Made by a program: the position numbers and the translations under genes
From: the human T2T-CHM13v2.0 reference genome, Homo sapiens
Assembly: GCF_009914755.1 (NCBI RefSeq)
Contig: NC_060927.1
DNA: 64,000 bases
Reading direction: 5' to 3' (one strand)
The notes under the pieces: generated by a model
The model's input: the letters and a program-made list of their open reading frames with translations, nothing else
The model's database searches: none
What the model was told of the DNA's origin: nothing
In this document: positions 1-14,797 of the stretch, piece by piece
How positions within the stretch are numbered: the first letter of the stretch is position 1
How the letters are laid out: each line of letters starts with the position of its first letter

Positions 1-255
1 GGGAAGAAAAAAAAAAAGCAATACCTGTGAAGTTCACTAAAGCTAAGGGCAATCAAATGAGGAATGCCTGTAGCTGAAGATAAATTCCATGATTTCTTAA
101 CAGATTGAGTATACGGAAGAAGTAGGAAAAGGTAAAAGAGAGAAGCACAGAGACACTAAATGTATAAGTAATTATTCATTTAGTTTTGTAAGTGTCCTGG
201 TTTGCATTTCAGGAAAAAGAACAAAATCTATCAATCGACATTTTTGTGCCTATTA

Positions 256-495
256 CAATTGTCCCTCAGTATACTTGGTGTATCGGTTCCAGGACTACCT
301 GTTTATACCCAAATCCAGGCACATTCAAGTCCTGCAGCTGGCCCTGCAGAACCTTCATATGTGAAAAGTTGGCCCTCTGTATACACGTGTTTTAGATCCT
401 ACAAATATTGTATTTTAGATCAGAGCTTGTTTGAAAACAGTTTGTGTATAAGTGGACTCTTGCAGTTCCAACCCATGCTGTTCAAGTGCTGACTG
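256..495 (+). mobile_element. MER8-like TcMar-Tigger MITE
   Basis: 240 bp with Tigger-type termini (caattgtccctc...tgactg), flanked by TA on both sides; internal text matches remembered MER8. Confidence 0.8.
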
Positions 496-519
496 TACTC
501 TCAAGCTAGTTCACATTTT

Positions 520-620
520 CTAATTTAATCCTCAAAACGATGCCTTGAGGAAAAATAATAATGACAGAAGATGCAGAGAGAGGGCACTGAAGCTTGTCCA
601 AGTTTACAAATAGGGTCTCC
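520..620 (-). mobile_element. MIR fragment
   Basis: Degenerate tttaatcctcaaaac...cttgtccaagtttaca MIR core; boundaries approximate. Confidence 0.45.
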
Positions 621-1507
621 ATGCAAGTGTTCACAATTTTCATCTTTTAATTTCAAAACCAGTGATTTTCCCCCCTACTTTTACCCACATATAATAATAA
701 ATTTTAGGGTTTAATTCATTTTCTTGTATTATATTTTCATCCTATAGTTCTCCATTTTAACCCTAAAATTACAGAAATATTTCCTGTGGCTGAAAGAAAT
801 TAGTTAGAAACTCTTAGGTATTTTAAGTAAGAAGAATGCTACATGCAAAAAGTAAAGTCTGAAGAATGTATTTCAACCTTGAAAAAAAAACCCTCAGACT
901 CAGTCTGCAGTAAAGTTCATTCAACATTAAGAAGCAGAAGCTATTTAAAGAGTTTAATGCAGAACACGGTAGAAAAGATGCCCATTGCCAAGTCCTTCAC
1001 GGCTCACCATAAATGTGAACAGCAAAGTGCTATCCATTTTAAAAATCAATCAAGGTGATGCAGTGCTTAAAATGCAATTGATTTTGGCTAATTTGCAAGT
1101 AGAAAGGTTTAGAACTTGAATAATTTCTTTCCCACTTTAGCTGGTTCAACAGCCTACTCAATGAGTTGCCTAATTATTAGTCTTGTTTTTTTTTTTTTTT
1201 TCATTTATTTACTTTAGACAATTCCTGAGTGAGACAACTTTTGATTTATTTCAACTGGCTTTGGGTAGATGAAAGAGACCACAAACCAAACCAAACCAAA
1301 ACAAAACAAAACAAAAAGCCACCAGGCAGGCCAAGCACGATGAAGAAAAACTTCAAATGCAAGAACTATAATTTTCAAACTGTGAGTTTGGAATTCTTAA
1401 AAAGCAAAAACCATTAAGTGACTCCATTTCAGCTACCTATTAGTGATCAGGTTGAAAAACAATGAGAAAAAATGGAAAGAAAATCACTGCAAATTCCATT
1501 GGGGTAG

Positions 1508-2008
<501 letters not shown>

Positions 2009-4589
2009 TTTAGTGTTCTTTTAAATAGCATTCATAATCTTTTAAAATATGTTTTACAAATGAAACATTGTGTTTGAGTGACATGATGGGGAAGGAGCCT
2101 GCAGTCCACAACGTCTCTGGCTTCCTTTCTTGCATTTTCTCAGAATTACTCTTACAAGAGGAGAGACAGGGACATTCTAAAACTGACAAAAATAATCAAC
2201 TATGATAAATATTCCTGTGCACCCAACCAAAATGTATTGCATACCTGTGTGCACCAAAGAGAGAAATACACAAATACAGAGATGAGACCCTATGCAAACA
2301 TGCACACTGGTAAACATAAACAGTTGCAGATTTGAATATTTGTATCAGTTAGGAAAATGAGAACTCAGTAAAACTTTTCAGCAAAGTAAGTGGTTCAAAA
2401 TACCTGCTGTTTTCAGAAATGCCTAATTAATCAGGAATCTTTTTCTCAAATTGTATATTATGGAAAGTAATTGCCCTACTTTCTTTTGATAAAATTATTG
2501 GTTTATCTGAATACAGTTACTTTAAAATATGCTTGTGATAGGCAAGTGTGTATCTTACTTTTCAATTTAATGAGGTTTTACTGAATATTCACACAATTAT
2601 TAAAATATTTTCATAGACTTGTACTTAGTTATCTTATAGCTAAAGTTCTAGCAGCATTTAAATATTTTTTTAGAAATTTTAAAACCTGGTGAATTGTTAA
2701 CAATTTTCATGCTGAAAGACTGTCTGTCAAACTGAAATAGCAACACAATGCAAGCCATTTTGTGACTCAGTTCTTGATTGCAGACAGCTGAGATTCAATA
2801 GCTAAAGGGGGAATTGAGGACACCATCCAGACGTCTGTAATAATTTCCCTCCTTTTTTTCCCCAAACTTGAATGCTGCATCAGTGTGTCTGCGTATTTCT
2901 TGTCTCTATAATTAAACAGGAGAGCAGAACTGATACACATCTTGATCATAAAAATTTACCCGCTCACTAGAAGACTCATGAACATACCAGCATAGTTATC
3001 TGGTCAGAAAACTTTGCTTATCATAATTCTCAAGGCCCTGGTTCTGACACCTACAAATGAACGTCTAAAGCTACTGTGGCTCATCATGATAACCTCAAAG
3101 GTATCCTGGAGACATGAAGCACCTTCAGGATGAGAGGAGATGCAGCGAATATTAGGACCAATGGAACCTTCTTCAAAGCCTGGTCTCCTCTGAGGTTCAC
3201 ATTCCTTATGGACACGTACACATGTAAATATATATACATATACATTCATACATGCATGCATATGTAATTTTTTGTGATGAATCAAGTAATGTACCTTAAC
3301 ATAGATACAATTCTGCAGCACTAGGCTATGTTTTCTGAAAGATAAGTAATATACTAAATAGGATTCTGCAACATAGCTGAATTCATGGCCTAGACTAAAG
3401 AGTTACAGGCTTTTCTTGAATCTTAAAACAATTCACGCAAATACACACATACACACCAAAGCATCACACACTAGCCAGCACATGAACACACACAGCCAAC
3501 ACTCCAGAGTTTTGTTCACGTCTATCACCTTGATGCCTTTATTCATGCTCAAACAGTTTTCATTCTGATCAATACTGCCCAACGCTGCTTTGTGACTCTT
3601 AACTCAGGGCATCAAAGCTGGCATTTGATAGGTCCTCTTAGCATTCTAGCCAAGGGGTCTTTTTTCTTTTTCCATTTGGCTTTCAGTGTCCAGGGCAATC
3701 TCCTGTTTAGAGGAAGCAATCCCATTCCAAGTCCCTGACCCTGGAAAGGAACACATATACTACTGCTATTTCATGTTATTTTCAGGTTTAACTACCAACG
3801 AAAATTCTGAGGCTTCTTTGAGAATCCTCCCAATTTCTCCTGCAACATGTCATCTTCCACTGGGTTCCATTTCCTTCTTCTGCCCAGTAAATGTTTCCAA
3901 ACCTCCATTCAGTACATCGGTAGTACCTGAATTCCCCACCCACAAGCCAAATCCTGTTGTCTAACTATGTAGAACACACAGCAGTATGCAGTTATGGCCT
4001 TCTATCTGAAAGCATGGAACTGATTGACAGGTGAAAAACCTGGGTACAGAATGATTACAGAATAATTCTAACTTTTCAAGTAATTACCTCGTGCCATTTT
4101 TGTCATTTCCCAACTGCTCCAACCCTGCCCAACAATATGTGTGGGAGATTCTCTACCAGCACCATCAGCTTCAGTTAATCTAATGCCTGGCAAGGAGTTA
4201 GGAGTCTATCCCTAGTGGGTAGAGGTTGAACATACTTTAGTGCTCCACCAATTTAGGATAATGACTGGGTGAATTCTAGATCCTCTTAAGCATTCAGTTG
4301 GAATTGAACTTGGCTGGTCTTTGTCATTCTCACAGTCAGGCATATAAATAAATAAATGTGGTCATCTATTGATCCAGATAGAAACATTCACTATACATCA
4401 CTATTTCTAAGAAGCTCAACAAAGTTGACCTCTAATGTATGAATATCAAAAAGCAATCCCATTAGAAAGGGTACACTTCTACATCCACTGCCAGGTCAAT
4501 GCTTCTAACTACAGCATTTTCCAGTCTGACCTTATTTTAAAGGCTGTTACTGATGTTCCCACACCTTTCATGGCCAAGCCCATACGGAC

Positions 4590-4900
4590 TATTTATTCTC
4601 TATTCAAGGAGCATGGATACATAATAAACAAAGTAATACACATATCAGCCCTCATGGAGTACATGCTTATGAAAAACAGAGACACTAGAATAAATTTAAA
4701 AAAACAATATTTAAGGTATTATGGTAATGAATGTTATGAAAAAATATAATATTGGATAAGAAAAGAGAACACACATCAATGCACTGTTTTAATATACTCC
4801 CTGGTGATGTGATATTTGAGCCCAGGCTTGGGTGAAATGAGACATTCAAATATGTGGAAAAATGTTCTAGGAAGAAAGACCTGCAAGAAAAAAGACCCAG
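4590..4900 (-). mobile_element. L2 fragment
   Basis: gccctcatggag...gatatttgagcccagg L2-like 3' text; boundaries approximate. Confidence 0.5.
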
Positions 4901-5304
4901 AGATATATGGGCCATATGGGAACAGAGCTCTCAGAACTTACTCTCATCCTTAGTTATTTGGGACTTTGTGACACTTAGACAGAATCCAATTGGTTTCACC
5001 AAAATTTTCTATAAAATTTTATTTTTAAAAAAATAGATTTTTTCCTTCTTTCCTTCCGATGGCATGCTCATCGCTCAGTTCTTTATAACATCTTACAAAG
5101 AAGGGTCTCCAGGGTGTGCTAGAGTTCATTATTGGACTCCAAAACTCCCAGTCATTCTCCAATCCAGTTCATTCTATTGTTACAAAAATTATCTTACAAA
5201 AACAAAGATGGTAGAAAGATACAGTCCAGAACACAATGCTACTTCTGAGTTCTGGCCTTAGAAGCACTCCATAATTTCACACTTGCCTCCCTCTGCAGGC
5301 TAAA

Positions 5305-5720
5305 CTACTGAGGTATATTTAAAGTGTCAACTTGTCTAAGTAGTGACTATATCCCCTTTTCAAGAATCTCCTTGCCTGTATGACTCCAAGTTACAATTTG
5401 CCACAAGAGAATTCTATTCATCATTTGGAAGGCAAAGTAAAGATACAGTCATTCTTCTCCAAAGATCATGTCAGTAGGATATGAGAATAAACAGACACAG
5501 AAGTGCTGGCAGGCTCCACCTTATCCTTGATCTCCCTGTTCCACAGTTAGCTTTTTCCCAACTGCTGGCTCTGCTGATAGAATCTCTAACCCCTCATGAT
5601 ACATAAAGGCCGCCCACTTCCCCAGCTCTCCTCCATGGTGCACAGCATCAGCTGGAGGGACCTGCTTTTCCAGATCCTTTTGCAAGTTATAATTTGCCAC
5701 CCACATCAGTGATTCAGAAG
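5305..5720. mobile_element. Old ERVL-type LTR (LTR33-like)
   Basis: atttaaagtgtcaacttgtctaag...gactatatcccc resembles an LTR33 terminus; degenerate. Confidence 0.4.
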
Positions 5721-5879
5721 TCTTAGGAATTGACATTTTTCTGATTCTACATCTCCCCTTTTCAAACTTTCCCTTCCTCCTGTGGTTGGGTCAGGTCTTT
5801 TTCCTATAATAAATCCCTTATTCCACAATACTCAGCTACTCAGTGATTCACCATCTTTATTAAATGCAGACTCATTCAG

Positions 5880-5968
5880 CCTCTCTCTCTCTCTCCCTCT
5901 CTTATCTCTCTCTCTCTCTCTCTTTCTCTCTCTGTCTCTCTGTCTCTCTCTCTCTCACACACACACAC
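5880..5968. repeat. (CT)n-(CA)n compound microsatellite
   Basis: Directly visible. Confidence 0.95.
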
Positions 5969-6283
5969 TTACTTCTAAAACACTTTTATGTACACTTCTA
6001 TTGAAGCACATATTCTTGCCCTGTGAGTGAGAAAAGGTTAACACTTTATTAACTTTTGACTTCTTTTTTTCCCTTCTAAATGTGACTGTGGAAATTGGTA
6101 GTCATGTAGGAAATGCAATTCCAGTACCACTTGCCTAGTGAGCAAATACGGTCTGTTCTGCTCCCACATGTACACTTCTCTAACACTGATTACCTTATAC
6201 ATAATCAAGACTAGAAAATAATGGAAGTTCACATGCAGGTTTTTCTAGGGAAAGGAGCCAGAATAGCCAGAGTACAATTGTAA

Positions 6284-6900
<617 letters not shown>

Positions 6901-7439
6901 TCACACTCATCTGCCTGCTTTGTCATTTGTGTTATATTTCCACATACAAATTAATATTTTATTTAAAACTTTAGTAACAAAGTTAAATAGGTTTTGAATC
7001 CCTGCCCATTTCTATTTCCAATAAGCCGTGTTATTTTTAGTGTGCAGTTTTGAAGAAAAAAAGATTATCCAATAACACACACATTGTTATGCCAGAAATA
7101 TCTAGGCATGACTTTATCTCTTTACATGAATCTATAGGACAGTAATATTGATATTTGTTAACACAATAAAATTATGTGTTTTTATGAGTATACATATGTC
7201 TATGTATACGTTTATCTTATGTATTGATTTAAATACCTCTTATGTGTGTGAATCTTTGCCTCAAGTTATGGAAAAAATATTGAATAAAGTTGACAAAGTG
7301 AAAGTGAGAATTGACACTTGTCAAAGTAAAATTGACAAAGGAAAGTTCTGAAGCATAGCTAATTAAAGCTAAATTGTAAAGTAAAGTAAACTTGACAAAG
7401 TGTAAGTTCTATTAAAGCATAGTCTATTAAAGTGTGCTT

Positions 7440-8780
7440 TAATAGAACTTACAGTTTGCAAGAGAGACATACCATTGAAATTAAATACAATCCTATTTGC
7501 ATAATAGTAGAAGTTGGAGATTTTTCCAGAAATCTGCTCTTGAGGGGACCTAACCTGTTCTAGTGGTCAGGAAGATTCTCCTGAAGAAAACAGTATTTAT
7601 GATAAGATCTGAAAGGTGAGGAGGTCTTCAGAAGAATGAAGTAATGGTGAAAGACAAACAACATGTATGAAGGTGGTGAAGTAAGAGATGATGTAAAAAT
7701 TCAAAGAACTAGAAGAAATCAGAATTTGAAACTTTGAGTTGAGGGGAAATATTCCCGGGGATGTGGTAAGAAGATACAAGTAGGACAAAGGTCCCAGACA
7801 GTCTTGCTAGTGACTGTAAGGAGTTGGAACTTTATCCTGATGGCAATAAAGAATTACTGAGAAATCTTAAGGAAGGGATTGTCTAAATCAGAATATGCTA
7901 TTAAAAGATTACTGTCTTTATAGTAGATGAATTGCAGATACAAAATACTATAGTATGTAAGACATTTAGAAGCTATTACAGAAATTTAAAAAAAACAGTC
8001 TGATCAAGGACAAGAGAAATGGGGTTAGAAGAAAGTGGCCTTGTAGATGGAAGATTCAATAGGTCTTGGCAATTCATTTACTGTCATTAGTGGATAGGGA
8101 GTTAAGGCCTTCGGTGGAATCATCAATTACCCTTAGGTATATTTGTTTGAGTAACTGGAAGAATGAAGCAACTTAATGAAATGGGAAATCATGGAAAAGG
8201 AATAAATAGAAGGTAAAAAGGAAAAAAATGAATTCGAATTATAGATGTGCTCTATAAGCCTAAAGGGGAAATTTGTCCTGCAAGTATATATCTGGGTATT
8301 ACAAGTATATTGATGGTATTTGGATCTCGAGAGTAGATGCCATTGCCCAATGAGAGTGTATGAAGTGAGAAAAGAATTCCTAAATTGAAATACCCACAAT
8401 TAGGAAGTAACTCCAGGGGAATGAGCCTGCAAAGAATGTGAAAATGTAGGAAAATGAAAGGAGCATAACACCACAAAAGCTAAATGAATTATGTATTTTA
8501 AAGGTGAAAAATTAATCATTGTGGTTTAAAAAATTATGAATTCTCAGAACCCATTATGTGTAGTTTCATTGTCTAGATAGTGCATTGTAATTTCAATGAG
8601 ATTGGCTTCAATAGAGGGGTGTGGTAGAGGTCACAATACACAACAGAGGTGTCAATAAAGATTGACACGGAAGCCAAAAATTGCAAAAGGAATAGAAGGT
8701 GACTTGAAAATTTGACTGTGAAAAGGAGACAATAGATAAGGCAATAGGGCAGGGTGGCATGGAAGATGAGGAAGGTTTTT
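7440..8780 (-). mobile_element. L2 (degenerate)
   Basis: Purine-rich antisense L2 text (gtaaggagttggaactttatcctgatggcaat...); boundaries approximate. Confidence 0.6.
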
Positions 8781-8839
8781 CAGACACGATGCTATGTTTG
8801 TGTCTTCATGGCCATACGCTTGCCTTTGCTTCCTCATGA

Positions 8840-9127
<288 letters not shown>

Positions 9128-10765
9128 GACATTTTTTCTTGGAGTAGCAATATCAAATTACTAGGACATGACTCTCCTCTCCCATGTTTCTTTTGCTTTC
9201 AACTTTGGTTCCAGATCTCAACAGCCTCTGAAACCAATGTTACTGCTCTAGTAGATTTTTGTAATGCCTGCCCCTTCCATTGTTATTTCCTAGGTTGCCA
9301 CATGTATCACAGTTTTTGTCACTTCTATACCACCCAGACTTCTTGATACTCACTGATATTTCTCTTCTGCCTTCTTTGCTACTGCCACCACTGTCATTAA
9401 GAGGTTTTTTAGCAGTCTTTTAGTACCCTCCTCCAACACGCAAAAAAATACAGATAGGCTCTTGAGTTTGTTATAGAAATTCTATTTTGGAACTTGTAAT
9501 GGTTGATTAATTATGAAGTTTTATACTTAAAATTACCGGTGCTACAAAATGTGAACCTGAAGTCCAGCATAAAATTTCAACATCTCAACATTCTTCTACC
9601 TTGTGGTAACTTTTCTTGCTCTATGAAGAAATGTACCTGACCAAATCCAGGCTCACTTACAGGAACCATTGGCCTCATCCTCACCTACCAGTTTCTAAAT
9701 GCTCTTAACCTTTCCTCCCAAGATCACAAGTGTGCCTGTTGATACTTAATTGTGTCCAAGGAAGGCACAGAAATTCGGTATCATCATTCCTAACTAACCA
9801 CCACACAGTCATTTATCCTCTTGCAGATGAAAAACATATTGTTGACATCCTCCCCCAAGTTAACTGCCCCCTCAAATGAACCTTGGAAACGTGCTTTAAA
9901 GGAAACCAAGAGTAAACATCACTTGAAAAAGAGCAGTGTGAAATGTGCAGCATGTTTCTCAACATCTCATCATAGCAAAGAGTAATCATCAAAGGGAAAC
10001 CAGTCAAGGTTAAAAGCAGCACTGAAAACTGATTCATTTGGTAAACAAGAATAGGTGTAATTATCACAAAAGCAAACTTTGCTAAGGGGATAACTGTCAG
10101 AGCTCTTGCAGTAAAAGGTCTCTTTACCATTTTAATCCGACAGGCTGAGAGTTCCCTAGTGAAAACAATTCTCAATAAAATCACAAATGTAGCTCCAGCA
10201 TTCTTTTAAACGGTCGTGTCAGCCACGGCTACCAAAACAAGCTTAACATTTACAGTTCGAATGACACTCGTAGATTGGCTGATAACACAGATTATGAAAA
10301 ATCCTTTAGCACTATGTTTTTATGTATTGGTCAATACTCTATCAGCAGCCACACTGTGAAAAGTTGTGTTTATTTGCTTACTGAAAGTCAGATGGGCCTG
10401 ACCCTTGAAAGAAACCAAAATCAAATTTCAGTGTGGGATATAATCATGTATCCAGAACCTTTAAAAACAGGAGTGAACTTTCAGGGGACTCCAGGTGACT
10501 CTTGGCTCTATTCTGTAAAGGAACCCTTATGGCATTTTTGAATCACTACTGTAATATTTCTCATGGGTTTTCAAGCAAAACCCTCATTTGGAAAAGATGG
10601 TAATTGAATTCAAGAAAGGAGAAGTAACTTGTTCTAGGTCACACAAAATAATAATAAGCCTGACTCAAACCCTGGACTTTTGACACTCAGGCCACTGCTC
10701 TTTTTATTATTCTAGGATATCTTGCTATCTGTTGGAACTTGATGTGATGAAAGTCATATCCTAGC

Positions 10766-10938
10766 TCAGCACTATTCAATATGATATCCACAGGCCACAT
10801 GTGGTCCCTGGGCAGTGGAAATGTTGTTAATGTGATTGAATTAAAATGGAAAATTTAATTGTTTTTAATCTTAATTAATTTACATTTGAGTTGCCATGCC
10901 TAAATCTAGATAGTAGCTACCACATTAGACAGTGCAGT
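10766..10938. mobile_element. MER3-like hAT-Charlie MITE
   Basis: cagcactattcaatatg...ccacatgtgg...ccacattagacagtgcag. Confidence 0.65.
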
Positions 10939-11197
10939 AGGAGTATGCAGTAGTCAGCCTACTCAGTGTCCCGGCTATCTGTCTCTCCCTGTTCCCAGTT
11001 AAGCTGACACAGGAATGGAGAGGATATGAGATTTGACTGTTGACTCTTTGAAACAGTGGCAATGACTTGTGTTTCCCTTTATTTCATATAGATTCCAACA
11101 CCTGGCTTTATACGAAGTAGGCACAAAACAAAAATCTGTTGATGCTATGTATATATTTGCTTTAACAAATGCCATGGGTAGAAAAGAGCACAGCTTA

Positions 11198-11564
<367 letters not shown>

Positions 11565-11596
11565 TTACTTTCCTAAAATTGTCCTACTTGTGCCTT

Positions 11597-11610
11597 CCAG
11601 CAGAGGGCAC
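11597..11610 (+). promoter_or_regulatory. Candidate CTCF site
   Basis: CCAGCAGAGGGCAC is an exact match to the CCASYAGRKGGCRS core. Confidence 0.55.
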
Positions 11611-12599
11611 CCATACACAGTTGTATGATCTGGACACAATTCCCATGTAATACAACTGTCAGTGGTGTTCACCGCCTCCACTGCCCACATGGTGAAAACA
11701 TGTCCCCTCTTTATAATAAGCCATTTATCTCTGTCTAGAGAAGAAACTTGGCAAGGTCAGTTCACTTTTTTGAAATGAAAAAAAAATAATGGACAGCATT
11801 ATTGATTTGACTTTCCAGATGGCTATTTAAATGGTAAGTGTAAGCTCTCCATTATTAAAAACAGAAAGAAAACTGACAGGAAAGTTAAAACCAGACTACA
11901 ACCACAGACTGGCCTTTAATTATCACTTGCTTTTATTGTAAATTTTTTTTTCATATTTCTTATGTAGCTCTCCCCTGAAGTCCCCTCAAAAACAAATGGA
12001 ATCAGCTGTTGCTGCAGTGTAACCATGTTTTCCTGTTTATTTTATTTTTGTTTGTTAGTTTGATTTGTTTCCAGAAAAGCAGAGCCATTGATGCCATATG
12101 TTATCAAATAAATACCCTTTTTCCAGGGGAGGTCTTTTTATTTTCTTATTTTTTTAAATAAGTAAATTCTTAAAGATTTAAGGAAATAGATGGCTTAGAA
12201 CAACTACCATCAGTCAAAAACTCTTGTTAAATAAATCTCAAGGGAGCTACTTTACAAATCCTTGCAATGCATGTCAAATTCCATCGACTTCTTAAGAGGC
12301 CAAAAGGTCCTTTGACAGGGGCTCAGAATGGTTTCATCTCCTTAAGCTGTCCTCTTTGAAGCAAACAGTTTTGATGCTCTGAAAACCAACATTTATATCT
12401 ATTGCTCCAGTCCCCAAGGATCATAATTTATTTGAACTGAAGAATCAATGATGTTACCTACGTGGTTTATTTAAAGACAATTTTGTTGTTTCTATGTAAC
12501 CTTAGTGCTGTCTCAGGAATTCTTTTAACTCAAATGATGATTTTACTTCATATATTTAGCTTTCTGTCTGTTCTGATATTCTAAATTCAAGAAAAGTGG

Positions 12600-12900
12600 C
12601 TAATTGTTAATTGGAATTTGTCCCTAACAACTGAACCTTATGCTGTATGCCATCGGTAACGGCCTTTGAGGAACGTTATTAAAACCAAGGTAACGTATGC
12701 CCATACACGAGGGCTAAGGGAAATGCATGGCGATTGTAAATATTTATAATAGGCCTAATCTGGTGGTACTGAGCAATCATTCAATTAATAAATCATGAAT
12801 GGAAAAATATACCTGTGTAAATATTGTCTTCTGTATTTAAAGGCTACGCTTTTGCTTGTTGCAATAGCAGTGAGTTTCACAATGTTGCATTTGGAGATGA
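12600..12900. promoter_or_regulatory. Candidate conserved non-coding element / enhancer
   Basis: Six CpGs within 12654-12732; two GGTAACG; ATAAATCA (PBX-HOX type) at 12788-12795; several TAAT cores; no recognisable repeat. Confidence 0.45.
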
Positions 12901-14426
12901 TCTTAAATCACAGTGGCAATTACTGAGACTTTTAGAGTCTGTAGTCAGCAGTACCATAATTTTCATTTAATAGGCTTAAGAATTGGCCTGTCATCCATCC
13001 TTCAGAGCCTTCAACTGAATGATATAAGCCCAAGATACTACCCTTTAGATCTCAGGAACAGCCATGAAGAGAATATATATATACCAAGATTTGGGGGATT
13101 CTAAGATTATACTTAACACAATTTCTAAAAAAGGGCTAACCCTACCGAGCTTTCCAAATCCCCAAGGCCCAATTATATTTCTTTGCTTCAGCATCACTTT
13201 TCAGATGTTTTCCCCACTGCTGGTGAACACAGATAACATTGGGGTCACTGGTGATGAGAATTTTTGAAAAACAGGTAATTAAATATTAAGCTACTTGTAA
13301 CTTATTAGTGATCACAATCATCATTTTCTGAAAATGTTAGTATTGTTCACAAAATCATGTAATCTTAGAGTTGAAAAGTCTTCAGGTGTAAAATAGTCTA
13401 AAGTATTTGCTGCAGTTTAATCTTTCTTCCATATTTAAGTTCTTCAACTATTTTAAAAGAGCCACCATACCTGCCCCTAGAATTTTCTCTCCTCCAAGCT
13501 AAATATCCCTGGTTTCTTTCTACTGTTTTAAATATGTGGTTCCCCTACCCTCAACCTCCATCCAACCTCAGTCACCTTTCAAATCTAATAGGCCTTCAGA
13601 TGTATTAGATTTTAAAAACAGGCACATAACACCTGAATCATAATAAGCTTACAGTCACATTGGAATCTTGAGTCTTTTTGCATGTGCTTCACACAAGAAG
13701 CTATAGCTTCTAGAATCTCATTTTGATTAGATTTTTTGAACTAAGAGCAGTTTTTCATAGTTCTCATTACAAAATACAGATTATCTGTTGTTTCAAATGC
13801 TTTTATCTTTTTGTCTCTTAATTTGAGTCAATGATGTCAGAAGAATATTTAAGGTATGTGTATCTAAAGCAACAAAAACATGTTCATAGTAAGACATTAT
13901 GAGAGAAAAGGGAAAAAAATAGACCAAATACTTTTATTTACTCTTCTCTGTAGGTTAGTAGAGATTTATGGATTCCAGTAAATACAGTTATGTAGTCAGA
14001 AGCTCTTTTACATAAAGATATATTCAAGCTGAAGTTTTCACTGACTGTAAAAACATTGAAGAATGATTTTAATACATTTAAAGTCTTACTTAGCATAACT
14101 AAAGTTTTATTTTTAGGAAAATGTAAAACTAATTACTTTTAGTAAGAGTATTGGTTAAAAAAACCTGGAAAATTAATTTAGTTTACAATGAGATCCAACA
14201 AGTAGTTTTGAGACCTATGATTTTTCTACTGTATTAAAAATCACTAACAACCATTATAATTTATTATAATATTTTAGAGAATTTTTCACAAGTTATCAAA
14301 TTTTTAAAAAGCTTTTAAGAATTTACATGTATGTATATACCACAAAGATTGTGTCTAATCAAAATGATTACATATTTAAAGTCATTCATGTTCATTAAAG
14401 TAATCAATATTTTAAGAAATCTAAGC

Positions 14427-14797
<371 letters not shown>

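Noticed and set aside
7285-7462. Bacterial -35 boxes (TTGACA) or a CRISPR-like array
   Set aside because: Primate DNA, irregular spacing, no unique spacers and no cas genes
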